Source: Bdellovibrionales bacterium (lineage in GTDB: Bacteria; Bdellovibrionota; Bdellovibrionia; Bdellovibrionales; JAGQZY01). Taken from it: a stretch of 64,000 bases of DNA. Made by a program: the position numbers and the translations under genes. Positions 47,639 to 56,576 of this stretch are shown here, piece by piece; the first letter of the stretch is position 1, and every line of letters starts with the position of its first letter. Where the stretch lies: positions 672,001 through 736,000 of the forward strand of contig CAXRHT010000002.1 of the NCBI GenBank assembly GCA_964230645.1, in the 5' to 3' direction. The notes below the pieces were generated by a model. It searched no databases and was not told the origin of the DNA. It was given only the letters and a program-made list of their open reading frames with translations.

Positions 47639-48982
47639 TTAGGCAGACCTTTTTAGTGGTTTTTTCACCTCGGATGTAGTTACTGGCATTTCTTCTTTTT
47701 TCAGTGACGCTCCCCCTTTAAAAATCAGCACGAGAGAGCCGAGCAGCATCAAAGTAGCAAAACCAATTTCTGTGGTGAAGGCTTCTTTACCGACAAGACA
47801 ACCCACTAAAACGGCAAAAACAGGCTTTACGTACATAAAACTTGAGGCCATTGTTGCTGACCCTTCCCTCAACATCCAGGCAAACATAGAGTCAGCCATG
47901 ACTGTCGCAAAAACCAATAGAAATAAAAAGCTAACAATAGACAATTCACTCACTTCATTCCAAGAAAACTGACTCCAACTTTCAAAAAATGGGGATATAA
48001 GTAAAACCATCAGACCACCGCTTAACATTTCATAACAAACATGATGGGGTTGTACTTTTTTAGCCACCATTTGGGTCCCAACGGCATAAGAGAGCGCCGC
48101 CCCAAGTACGAGAAGGTACTCCCATTTAAATTCTGAAGAGGCTCCTCCAGAGAGAAGTAGCACAGCTAAACTGCCAATACCGAGCAGGAGGCCTGTTGAC
48201 ATCTTCAAATCAAAAATACGATTGGAGCGCATCTGGCCGACCGCAACCACCACAGGATAGATTCCCAAAAGAACACCAGCCACACCGGAAGACACTGACT
48301 GCAGGGCCATAGCTAGACATCCATAAGCCACGGCTCGAAAAAAAAGGCTGGCTAGTAGAACATTTTTAAGCTCATGAGTTTTAATACTGATTTTTCCCGA
48401 AAAACTTTGAAAAATAAAGATCACCGTTCCGGCCAGAAGAAACCGAATGCCTGTCATCAAAAGAGGAGGCAAACTATCAACCGCGTATTTTGTGGCCAAT
48501 AATGAAAAACCACTTACAATATAAAGAAACAAAAGGGCAAAGATTTCTAGATGTTTTTTGTACTCTTGCAGTCTTTCGTAGGCAATCTGTTTTTGCTCAG
48601 CTTCGGCTTTATATTTTTTAACCATCCGTATTTCAACCCCGACGGGGTTGAGATAGATGATTCGATGGAACCTTTCTTTACTTTCTTCGCGCTGAACACA
48701 GGTCATAAAGGTTTCACTGGACCCATCCGCTTTTGTGATTGTCATCTCTGTCATTCGCTGAAGATTTGATTTTTTGACTTTGAGTTTCTTTCGTTGATTC
48801 TTATCTGGCATAACTCGGTCAAGACTAACCTTCCCTTTGCGTTTTAGCCTTTTCTCCGAGAGAACAAAAATCTGGCAAGCCATTGGATTGGCGTAAATCA
48901 CATGATCATTGTCATCGAGGACAAGGACCGCCTCACAGGCTCCTTCAAATAATTCATATTGGCTTCTCACGGCTGCTGACAC
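47639..48982 (-). CDS. PAS domain-EamA/DMT transporter fusion
   Basis: N-terminal LFE...EAV.VLD....VIYAN..A PAS motif and coiled coil, then about 10 TM with P......RFL.AG and Y..PV.AV..G...G.E. Confidence 0.8.
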   Translation of the reverse strand: MSAAVRSQYELFEGACEAVLVLDDNDHVIYANPMACQIFVLSEKRLKRKGKVSLDRVMPDKNQRKKLKVKKSNLQRMTEMTITKADGSSETFMTCVQREESKERFHRIIYLNPVGVEIRMVKKYKAEAEQKQIAYERLQEYKKHLEIFALLFLYIVSGFSLLATKYAVDSLPPLLMTGIRFLLAGTVIFIFQSFSGKISIKTHELKNVLLASLFFRAVAYGCLAMALQSVSSGVAGVLLGIYPVVVAVGQMRSNRIFDLKMSTGLLLGIGSLAVLLLSGGASSEFKWEYLLVLGAALSYAVGTQMVAKKVQPHHVCYEMLSGGLMVLLISPFFESWSQFSWNEVSELSIVSFLFLLVFATVMADSMFAWMLREGSATMASSFMYVKPVFAVLVGCLVGKEAFTTEIGFATLMLLGSLVLIFKGGASLKKEEMPVTTSEVKKPLKRSA

Positions 48983-48999
48983 TTACTAGAACTCCTCAA

Positions 49000-50196
49000 T
49001 CAATAATAAGAGGTTTGAGGTTTCTCTCCCACAAGCACCCTACCAAAAAGCTCTTTTGCAACACGAATGTCAAAAGCCGGGTGAGCTTTCATAGCCTTAT
49101 AATCAAGAAAAAAGCGAGTGAGTTCACTTGATGGATTTACAACCTTTACTCCGAGGAGACCCTCGATCCGATCAATGACATTGCCATTGAGTGCAAAAGC
49201 ATAAGCCATATCCAAACGGGTCTTGGCTCTTTCTAAAGTAGTAAATGATTTTTTTTGTTCCATGTGTTCATTGAGCTTTTCACCTATTGATTGATTTAAC
49301 GCTTGAGCGGCGTCGATCTGCGCCTGGGCTGTGGCAAGCTCAGCCAAAGCCAGCGGACTTTTACTTTGAGGTCTTCCTTCATGGGGAATAAAACTTTGCG
49401 CCAATCGACTTTTGGCTTCTTCAAGGACTCGAACCGCTACACCGGAGCAAACCTGAGCCATGAGCCAATTAGCCATAAAAGCCGGAAGATAAAGAATTGG
49501 GGATTGCTTTAGTTGCTCCTCCTCAACCTTAGAAAAAACACGGGAAAAACTAATACCGCGATGCTCAGGGATAAAGTGATCGTTCAACACAACGTCCTTA
49601 CTCCCTGTACCGTGAAGTCCAACAGGAGACCAGGTGCTTTCAATCTCGCATTTTCCTGTAGGCACCAAAAAAGACATCACTTCATTTTTATCGTCGTCTG
49701 TGTTTTTTGCTGTTAGCATAACCCAGTCTGCCGCTTCACAACCACTGGCCCAGCGCCAACGCCCGCTCAAGCGGTAACCACCAAGTACTGAAGTGACTTT
49801 TCCCGTGGGTGCTGAAACTCCGCAAATTATATTATTGACTCCTTTTGGCTGAACTTCCGCTACAGCTTCGTCTGGGAAAAAATGCAACACCCAGCTTGAA
49901 AACGACATATAACTGGCCAGGCACCAGGCAGAGGAGGGGCAGGCCGTCGCCATTTCTTCAATCACTCTTTGAGCCAATAAAAAGTCAGGACTTCTTCCAT
50001 CACGATAAGGAGATATGATTTTCAAAAATCCTGACTCCTTAAAAAGCTTGGCGTTTTCTGGCAGCAGTCGACGAGCCTCAAAAGTTTCTTCATTCAAATC
50101 CGCTAATTTTTTCCTGAGAGGAACAATGCTGTCTTGCACACTTTTCAAGATCATGTCTTCGTTTTCCAAAATTTTTTGCTGAGCCCTTTGAGACAT
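49000..50196 (-). CDS. Acyl-CoA dehydrogenase-fold flavin-dependent monooxygenase (HsaA/DszC-like)
   Basis: ACPS.AW, GGY.LSG.W.WASGC, W...GL.GTGS.D; ATG 50196 with AAGGAG RBS. Confidence 0.88.
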   Translation of the reverse strand: MSQRAQQKILENEDMILKSVQDSIVPLRKKLADLNEETFEARRLLPENAKLFKESGFLKIISPYRDGRSPDFLLAQRVIEEMATACPSSAWCLASYMSFSSWVLHFFPDEAVAEVQPKGVNNIICGVSAPTGKVTSVLGGYRLSGRWRWASGCEAADWVMLTAKNTDDDKNEVMSFLVPTGKCEIESTWSPVGLHGTGSKDVVLNDHFIPEHRGISFSRVFSKVEEEQLKQSPILYLPAFMANWLMAQVCSGVAVRVLEEAKSRLAQSFIPHEGRPQSKSPLALAELATAQAQIDAAQALNQSIGEKLNEHMEQKKSFTTLERAKTRLDMAYAFALNGNVIDRIEGLLGVKVVNPSSELTRFFLDYKAMKAHPAFDIRVAKELFGRVLVGEKPQTSYY

Positions 50197-50221
50197 TTGC
50201 ACTCCTTCAATAGACTCTAGC

Positions 50222-50248
50222 TTATCGGAATTCTTAATAAATTTCTTA
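50222..50248 (-). promoter_or_regulatory. Sigma-28-like promoter
   Basis: TAAG-N15-TCCGATAA upstream of the four-gene operon. Confidence 0.55.
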
Positions 50249-50392
50249 AAGCATGAAGAATAGACTGTTATCTAAATTTGAAACAAAAAGACTTGGTTTA
50301 ATGAAGTAATGTCCTATTCAAAAGAGCCTCATTTTACGATGTCTACCTACAGGGATTCTCGCCGAAGGTCTTGGATCTTTGCTTGGGGCTTA

Positions 50393-50908
50393 TCACTGAC
50401 TTTGCTGATTTTGTACGTCTAAAAGAAGACTGGCAACATCCTCGGGTCGAAACTCTGCCATTGCCTTTTCGGAACAAGTGCGACAAGGAACTTGTCTTAT
50501 CTCCTCAATGACCTGAGAGCGTTTTTTATCGTCTGGTTTGTAGTCGCGAGAATGCAAAGTCACCTCAAGTTCTTCATCACAGGACTCACAAAAATAAAGC
50601 ACAATAAGTGACTGAATTCGATAGGCCAGTGGAACAAAGCCGGAGATATAATTTTGAGTCTGAATGATACTCAAGCGTATATTGGAAAAAAAGAGTTCTA
50701 AGTGATTTTTGTCTTTAAAGTTAAATTCCATCCACTGCATCCAACTTCTAATTTCTAGAGAATAGAAATGGCGCACATGGAGCATATCAATTTCGACTTG
50801 CCCAATATCTTTGAGATCCAAGGGTGGAATTGGGTTGGGAAGCTCAGCGGGAAAGAGAATCTTAAGCTCTTTATCTCTGCGATGAATTTCAACTTCTTCA
50901 AGACTCAA
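50393..50908 (-). CDS. STAS-like protein with C-terminal Zn ribbon
   Basis: ID...V...YS..IR.W..W; Y.C..C ... C..C. Confidence 0.65.
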   Translation of the reverse strand: MSLEEVEIHRRDKELKILFPAELPNPIPPLDLKDIGQVEIDMLHVRHFYSLEIRSWMQWMEFNFKDKNHLELFFSNIRLSIIQTQNYISGFVPLAYRIQSLIVLYFCESCDEELEVTLHSRDYKPDDKKRSQVIEEIRQVPCRTCSEKAMAEFRPEDVASLLLDVQNQQSQ

Positions 50909-51732
50909 ACATTCCCTCCACCATTTTTACTATCAATATGTATACTTTTTGCATTGCGCGGACGTATCAGCGAGCGACGATCAGTGGGAAATGTAAAGCC
51001 AATGAGAGTTTGTTTGTTTTTCTGAACGCCTATTACCATTGAAGAGGCAAACTCAAACATTAAAAATGAGCCAATTCCAGCCCCCCCTTCATCATCCAAT
51101 TGGATAGAGTTACGAACACCATTGGTAAGGCAATGAGAGATTCTCTCTAGGAATTTTTTAACATCGAGAGTCCCGAAAGAGTCACGACAGCACACAAAAA
51201 TTTGGTCCTGATTGATTCCAATACTGATGGACGCCTCCTGCTCCTTGGTTAGAGGAATCGCATCAGTGCGGGAGCGATTAGCCTTTAAAGTTTCTGGCGA
51301 ATTGAAAATCACGTTTGTAAAAAGCTCATCCGCAACAAGCATAATTCGATCAATGAGCAAAGAAGATAAACGCCTTTTTTTCATAGAGTCGTCAATATTC
51401 ATAAGAAAACTTTTTTTCTCTTCAAGACTGCTAAATTTTTCTTTAAAGAGGATTAGTTCTTCTTCATTCTCAGCACTAATTTTTTCCGGAGTTAGAATGG
51501 TTGAGAGCGGATAATTGTACAAGTGTTCGGGATTATCTAGTATTTGGCATCCAGCCTTTAGTGCCACCTGAAAAAATTCGGACTCTGCTTGCACGACATG
51601 TCTTGTTTTCTTGGTTTTTAACAGATCGAAAACCACCTCTGGTGTAAGGCCGTGGCCTAGAGTTACACGATCATTCTTAAGATCTGCCAAGCTGTTATTA
51701 TGAACAATCTGTACTTTTTCTTCACTCTCCAT
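50905..51732 (-). CDS. RsbW-like HATPase (anti-sigma kinase-like) protein
   Basis: DEL.TN..F, D.FG.L, GGAG.G. Confidence 0.75.
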   Translation of the reverse strand: MESEEKVQIVHNNSLADLKNDRVTLGHGLTPEVVFDLLKTKKTRHVVQAESEFFQVALKAGCQILDNPEHLYNYPLSTILTPEKISAENEEELILFKEKFSSLEEKKSFLMNIDDSMKKRRLSSLLIDRIMLVADELFTNVIFNSPETLKANRSRTDAIPLTKEQEASISIGINQDQIFVCCRDSFGTLDVKKFLERISHCLTNGVRNSIQLDDEGGAGIGSFLMFEFASSMVIGVQKNKQTLIGFTFPTDRRSLIRPRNAKSIHIDSKNGGGNV

Positions 51733-51890
51733 GCAACGGACTCCTTAAAACTTCATTATCAACGAGGACTTAAATGATAATGCAGGTTTTCTATAAAAAA
51801 TAGCACTAGGTCGAGCCCATACTAAAATGAGTCAGTTCTTATTTCATTCCTGGGCGTTCTGACGTATGCTGAGACAAATACAGCAAAGTT

Positions 51891-52406
51891 TTGGGATTTT
51901 TCATGAGTGATTTCAGCTATGACTTAAAAAGGGAAAAAGGAAGTATTTCTCATCTGAAACTAAGGGGTTTCTTGAATGAAAACTGCACTCTCCCCGACCC
52001 CGATCTTTTCTCCAAAACCAAAGAGCTCTATATTGATTTTTTCGAATGCCTTTACATGAATTCATCGGGTGTAAAAAAATGGCTTATTTTTTGTGATCAA
52101 CTCAATAAATTTGAACAACTTGAAACAGTTTTTCAGAAGTGTCCGATCATGTTCATTGAACTTGTTCAATTAATTGAAGGCCTTTTACCCAATAAAGCTC
52201 GGATTGAATCAATTTCAGTACCTCTTTATTGCACAAAATGTGAAGAAGAGTTTAATGTCATTAAATCCGCTCGTTACTGCGAGGAGAACATCGATAGCCT
52301 TATCTATGATCTCAAAGAATTAGGATGCAATTGCGCCTCCACTAACAAATCCAATATCGAAATTGATTGTTCCACCGAAATCTTTAATAACCTTCCTAAA
52401 AAATAG
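51891..52406 (+). CDS. STAS-like anti-anti-sigma protein with Zn ribbon
   Basis: L.G.L.E, MNSSGVKKW (phospho-acceptor Ser motif), P.YC..C. Confidence 0.7.
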   Translation: MGFFMSDFSYDLKREKGSISHLKLRGFLNENCTLPDPDLFSKTKELYIDFFECLYMNSSGVKKWLIFCDQLNKFEQLETVFQKCPIMFIELVQLIEGLLPNKARIESISVPLYCTKCEEEFNVIKSARYCEENIDSLIYDLKELGCNCASTNKSNIEIDCSTEIFNNLPKK

Positions 52407-52426
52407 ATTAAAAAATACAAACATTA

Positions 52427-53566
52427 CTAATTGGGATGAACATGAGAGTTCACCTCTAATGTTTTACGATATCGACTGGGTGTGGTGTTAGTGACTTTCT
52501 TAAAAGCCGTGTTAAATGACGATTTCGACTTGAAGCCTGCTGAATAGGCCAAGTCTAAAATGTTGTAGTCCTTATAGGCTGGGTCTGTCATTTTATCTTT
52601 AATATCTTCGACTCGGCACGAATTAACATACTCGAAATAATTAGTATTCAAGCCAAAGCGCAGAGTTTGAGTCAATAAATAATTAGGCACTTTCAATTCT
52701 TTTGCTAACTTGTCTAGACTCAATTCAGGCTCGCGATAAAGTTGTTTTTCATTCATCAGTTTCTGAAGTTGAATTGCTAATCGTGAGAGCCTTTCTTCGT
52801 CGATACTACTTTCTTTGTACTTTTCAGTGATCTCATCTTTGCTCTCTGGCTCAACTTCTTCAGCGAAAACAAGATAATTCATTCGAAAAGCTTCAAAAAA
52901 GTTACTCAAATAGAGTACCGGTACAAAAAATTTGACCGTAAATGGTAACAGGAGCATCTCTGTACTCGAAGCTATAATAGTAAATATTAGGCCGAACACT
53001 AAGAAAATATCTCTAGAGCTCTTTTGGATTCTAATTAAAATAACCGTTGCTAATAATATATTAAGCGCACTTGAAAGAGAAAGGATTATATGGGGAAACA
53101 TCTGGGCTTGCCCAAGCCTCAATGTGTAAGAGTTCATAAAGAAATTGCCTGTATCAATTTTAGCAGTTTCATCGAAAAAAATGGAGTCACCATAAGCAAT
53201 TAAATGAATGATCGGCAGAAAGGACAGAACGGCTAAGATGATCTGGCCAGAGTAGAAGAATCGTTTAAGCCATCTTGGCACAATAATAAAATAGGACATG
53301 GATTTGAGATAAAAAATAGGACACAAAAAAACGACCGGGAACAAGGCTTCTCCGTAGTACTTAAAAACCTCAAGAGGTAAACTTCGTGTGTGAGCCATGG
53401 ACTGAGACATAGCAAACCACCCTGTGAATAAACAGAATAGGGCCAAGTCTCTAGAACGGTTGTCCTTATTTTTTAAAAATAAACGGACCTGCCCACCCGT
53501 TAGCGCGAACATGGTAAAGCCACACAGTAGTGTAAACCCTGGCACGACGACTATTAAAAATTCCAT
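52427..53566 (-). CDS. Membrane-bound AraC-family regulator
   Basis: About 6 TM; Y..P.L.L..LA, N..RV, AGF.SKSSFN.AFKK....TPS.YR. Confidence 0.92.
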   Translation of the reverse strand: MEFLIVVVPGFTLLCGFTMFALTGGQVRLFLKNKDNRSRDLALFCLFTGWFAMSQSMAHTRSLPLEVFKYYGEALFPVVFLCPIFYLKSMSYFIIVPRWLKRFFYSGQIILAVLSFLPIIHLIAYGDSIFFDETAKIDTGNFFMNSYTLRLGQAQMFPHIILSLSSALNILLATVILIRIQKSSRDIFLVFGLIFTIIASSTEMLLLPFTVKFFVPVLYLSNFFEAFRMNYLVFAEEVEPESKDEITEKYKESSIDEERLSRLAIQLQKLMNEKQLYREPELSLDKLAKELKVPNYLLTQTLRFGLNTNYFEYVNSCRVEDIKDKMTDPAYKDYNILDLAYSAGFKSKSSFNTAFKKVTNTTPSRYRKTLEVNSHVHPN

Positions 53567-53754
53567 TATTTATTCCTGACAGCCAATAATAATAATGGCA
53601 ACCAGCAAGTTTCAATTTTGGTATTTAATTCTTATTTTTCTCGCTAACTAAACTTTGATTATTTATTTTTCCGTAAAAATCGAATTCTTTTCTTGAAAAA
53701 ATCGAAAGACATTCACACTCCCCAAAAAACAAGAGTCGATCGCCTTTAACTTAG

Positions 53755-54241
53755 TGTCCTCCTGAGTAGAAAACCCAATGTCTTCCCGAATGGAAAACCC
53801 AATGTCTTCCCGAATGGAAAACCCAATGTCCTCCCGAATGGAAAACCCAATGTCCTCCCGAATGGAAAACCCAATGGTCGCACTGAGCGTAAAACCCCAT
53901 GTCGTCCTGAGTGGAAACCCCATGTCGTCCTGAGTGGAAACCCCATGTCGTCCTGAGGCGAAGCCGAAGGACCTAAGAGCTCGGTCAAAGTCCTCGCATA
54001 CCGTGCCCCCTGTTTGTGTCTCACCATGCAGGGGAAAACACCTTACCTTACAAGAGTCCTTGTTAGAATTATTATAAATTGAGCCATGTGGATCGTGGTG
54101 CTCGAACGAGTTTCCTAAGGTCCTTCGGCTTCGCCTCAGGACGACAATGTACTTGCAGGACGGCAATACGCTTTCAGAAAGACAATACGCTTTCAGAAAG
54201 ACAATATGCTTTCAGAAAGACAATATGCTTTCAGAACGACA
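53755..54241. repeat. Palindromic REP/MITE-like element (perfect 29-bp inverted arms 53946-53974 and 54118-54146) with 23-25-bp left array and 19-bp right array
   Basis: 8 left units of TGTCNTCCYGARTGGAAAACCCMA type; 5 right units of ATAYGCTTTCAGAAAGACA type. Confidence 0.9.
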
Positions 54242-54410
54242 TTGAGCTTTCCATAATCTAGCACCTAGAAAAAGAAAGAGGGGCATAGCTGATAAATCCT
54301 TAAACAGTCATGCAAACTTTTCAGCCACCGGGTCACTTTGCCCCCATTGCCCCACTATCTGTGATAAATTCTAGATCTTGAAATAAAATAAAAAATGGAG
54401 CCATAGTCTT

Positions 54411-54857
54411 ATGAAAAAGCTTTTGTGTTTTATCTTAGTCTTTCACGTCTCAAGTGTTTTTGCCAAAGACGTCACAGTTCTTGATAACTTAATTCCCGAT
54501 CATCCAGGTCTCAGTCGGATCGTGATGAGTATCATCCTTAGCCATGACGGGAGGTCCCAAGCGAACGATGTTCAGCTAGGGGAAGGGCTTTGCAAATCCG
54601 CGAGTGGAATTAATTGTTCTTCTGTTAATAGTTTGGGTGAAGGCATCTGTAAGGCGGCCAAAGGAATTAATTGTGGTTCCGTGAATAGTCTTGGCGAAGG
54701 AATCTGCAAAGCGGCCAAAGGTATCAATTGTAGCTCTGTGAATAACCTTGGTGAAGGGGTATGCAAAGCGGCTAAGGGCATCAACTGTAGTTCTGTCGAC
54801 AGTCTTGGAGAAGGACTTTGCAAAGCCTCAAAAGGTATTAACTGTAGCAGTATATAA
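54411..54857 (+). CDS. Secreted protein with five 19-aa Cys-containing repeats
   Basis: Signal peptide; (LGEG.CKA.KGINC.SV.S) x5. Confidence 0.8.
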   Translation: MKKLLCFILVFHVSSVFAKDVTVLDNLIPDHPGLSRIVMSIILSHDGRSQANDVQLGEGLCKSASGINCSSVNSLGEGICKAAKGINCGSVNSLGEGICKAAKGINCSSVNNLGEGVCKAAKGINCSSVDSLGEGLCKASKGINCSSI

Positions 54858-54895
54858 ACAGCTCCTCACAACAAGGAATCTTAGAAGCCTCCTTA

Positions 54896-55034
54896 TTCCT
54901 ATGATCGTGGGAATCAATATCAAAATGACCCGATTCCTAGGAGAAAGTCGAGATGATTCCTATGTTCGTAGGAATTTTTTGCATTTTTAAGATTTCAGCC
55001 TTATCTTTTAAGAGTATTCACACGATCATAGGAA
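54896..55034. promoter_or_regulatory. Three 18-bp palindromic operators upstream of hipBA
   Basis: TTCCTATGATCGTGGGAA (54896), TTCCTATGTTCGTAGGAA (54957), TTCACACGATCATAGGAA (55017). Confidence 0.75.
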
Positions 55035-55042
55035 AAATACTC

Positions 55043-55279
55043 ATGAGCACGAAAACTTCAAAAGCCTTTAAAACTCTTGCAGAGCACCTAAGAGCAGAGC
55101 GAAAGTCCCAAGACCTTTCTCAAACTCAACTGGCCCAACTCTCTCAAGTCAGCCTTAATTTTCTAAGCCAGCTTGAAAGTGGCAAGAGCACTGTTCAACT
55201 GGATAAAGTACTACAAGTCATGAACACTCTTGGACTGGAATTCAAAATCCAGTACGGCAAAAATGGGATCAGCCAATGA
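55043..55279 (+). CDS. hipB: HipB-type XRE HTH antitoxin
   Basis: R...LSQ..LA....VS...LS.LE.GK.TVQL.KVL; overlaps hipA by 4 bp. Confidence 0.88.
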   Translation: MSTKTSKAFKTLAEHLRAERKSQDLSQTQLAQLSQVSLNFLSQLESGKSTVQLDKVLQVMNTLGLEFKIQYGKNGISQ

Positions 55280-56502
55280 CTCAGCCGACTTCCAAAGATA
55301 TCAAACATATTGCGGAGCTAGAAATTTTTCGAGGCTCAAAGTCCGTCGCCCATCTACGAAGGACCAAACAGGGCTGTGAACTTGAGTTAAGTGACGAGTT
55401 TCTAGAGGATTCCTCCTTTAAGCACCTCACCTACACCATTGGCAAAAATAGAAAAGTCATCCAACATCGCGGAGTGAATCTTCCCGCCTTTTTTGCGGGT
55501 CTGCTTCCAGAAGGCCTGCGCTTAAAAGCTTTAGTGAGTGAATTAAAAACTTCTGAAGATGACCTCTTCTCTATTTTAGCTGCCACCGGCGAGCACACCG
55601 TGGGCGACATTTACACTCTGGCAAAACCTTTTGAGCGTTCTCCCCTTAAAACTCTCGCAGTTAAAGAAGTGGACTTCTATCAACTCTTTGAAGAGGACAT
55701 TAGCAAAGGTTTTCGCACAAGAGGAGAAGAAGGTCTCTCTGGAGTGCAAGAAAAAATCTCAGCCTCGATGATTAGTTTTCCCGTCAATGTGGCCAAAAAA
55801 AACAAATCCTATATTTTAAAACTCAATCCAAAAGATAAGCCCAACTTAACGTCCAATGAGTCCCAATGCCTTAAACTGGCTAAAAAATGTGGCCTAAAAG
55901 TCAACAACGCAAAAATCGTTTACGATAAGAACAAGAACCCAGGCCTTCTTGTCGAGCGCTTTGACCGTGTGGAAAAAAATGGAACACCAATAAAAGTGCA
56001 TCAAGAGGACGCTTGCCAATTTCTTAATCGCTACCCGGCTGACAAATACCGACTTTCCTTTCAAGAAATTGCTAAAGGCATCGAAGAGATTGCAACCGCT
56101 CCAAAAATTGAACTCCTCAAGCTTCTCCAACTCTATGTATTTTCCTATCTAATCGGCAATGGCGATTTGCATGCAAAAAACATCAGCCTACAAACAGATT
56201 TAAACACCGGTAGAATCCAGTTAACCCCAGCCTATGATCTCATTTGTACCTATATCTACAAGGACCGCAAGATGGCCCTAAAACTCAATGGCCGTGATGA
56301 TGAGTTTAAAAGAGAGGCTTTTTTAACATGGGGTGAAAACTTTGGGCTTACTAAAAGTGTGGTCAATAATATGATTGATGACTTAGTTGAGCGTCTTAAG
56401 AAAAACCAAGCTCTCCTCTTTTCGATAGCTAACTTATCCGAAAAAGACCGAAGCCTGGTCGAAAAAATGTTAAAATCTCGCATGGAAAAGCTCGACCAAT
56501 AA
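55276..56502 (+). CDS. hipA: HipA-family kinase toxin
   Basis: FF.GLLPEG, LSGVQEK, LVERFDR, HQED.CQ, GNGDLHAKN, PAYD. Confidence 0.93.
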   Translation: MTQPTSKDIKHIAELEIFRGSKSVAHLRRTKQGCELELSDEFLEDSSFKHLTYTIGKNRKVIQHRGVNLPAFFAGLLPEGLRLKALVSELKTSEDDLFSILAATGEHTVGDIYTLAKPFERSPLKTLAVKEVDFYQLFEEDISKGFRTRGEEGLSGVQEKISASMISFPVNVAKKNKSYILKLNPKDKPNLTSNESQCLKLAKKCGLKVNNAKIVYDKNKNPGLLVERFDRVEKNGTPIKVHQEDACQFLNRYPADKYRLSFQEIAKGIEEIATAPKIELLKLLQLYVFSYLIGNGDLHAKNISLQTDLNTGRIQLTPAYDLICTYIYKDRKMALKLNGRDDEFKREAFLTWGENFGLTKSVVNNMIDDLVERLKKNQALLFSIANLSEKDRSLVEKMLKSRMEKLDQ

Positions 56503-56576
56503 AATATTGTTGGAGCCAAAATTCAGGTAGCTTTACCAAAGGACTAACGAACTAAACTTCGAGGCCGACGCAGATT

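Noticed and set aside
39583..50196. Melatonin/serotonin-like pathway (hydroxylase, decarboxylase, GNAT, methyltransferase)
   Set aside because: The enzyme classes fit superficially, but substrates cannot be read from the sequence and the methyltransferases look like keto-acid C-methyltransferases rather than ASMT
53755..54241. Possible CRISPR array (also at 27498 and 62258)
   Set aside because: Units are contiguous 19-25-bp tandem copies with no unique spacers, and there are no cas genes in the window
53663..54261. ORFs 53663-54166, 53746-54027 and 54079-54261 (also 62197-62412)
   Set aside because: They are translations of the DNA tandem repeats, open in several frames, with no convincing RBS or protein-like composition
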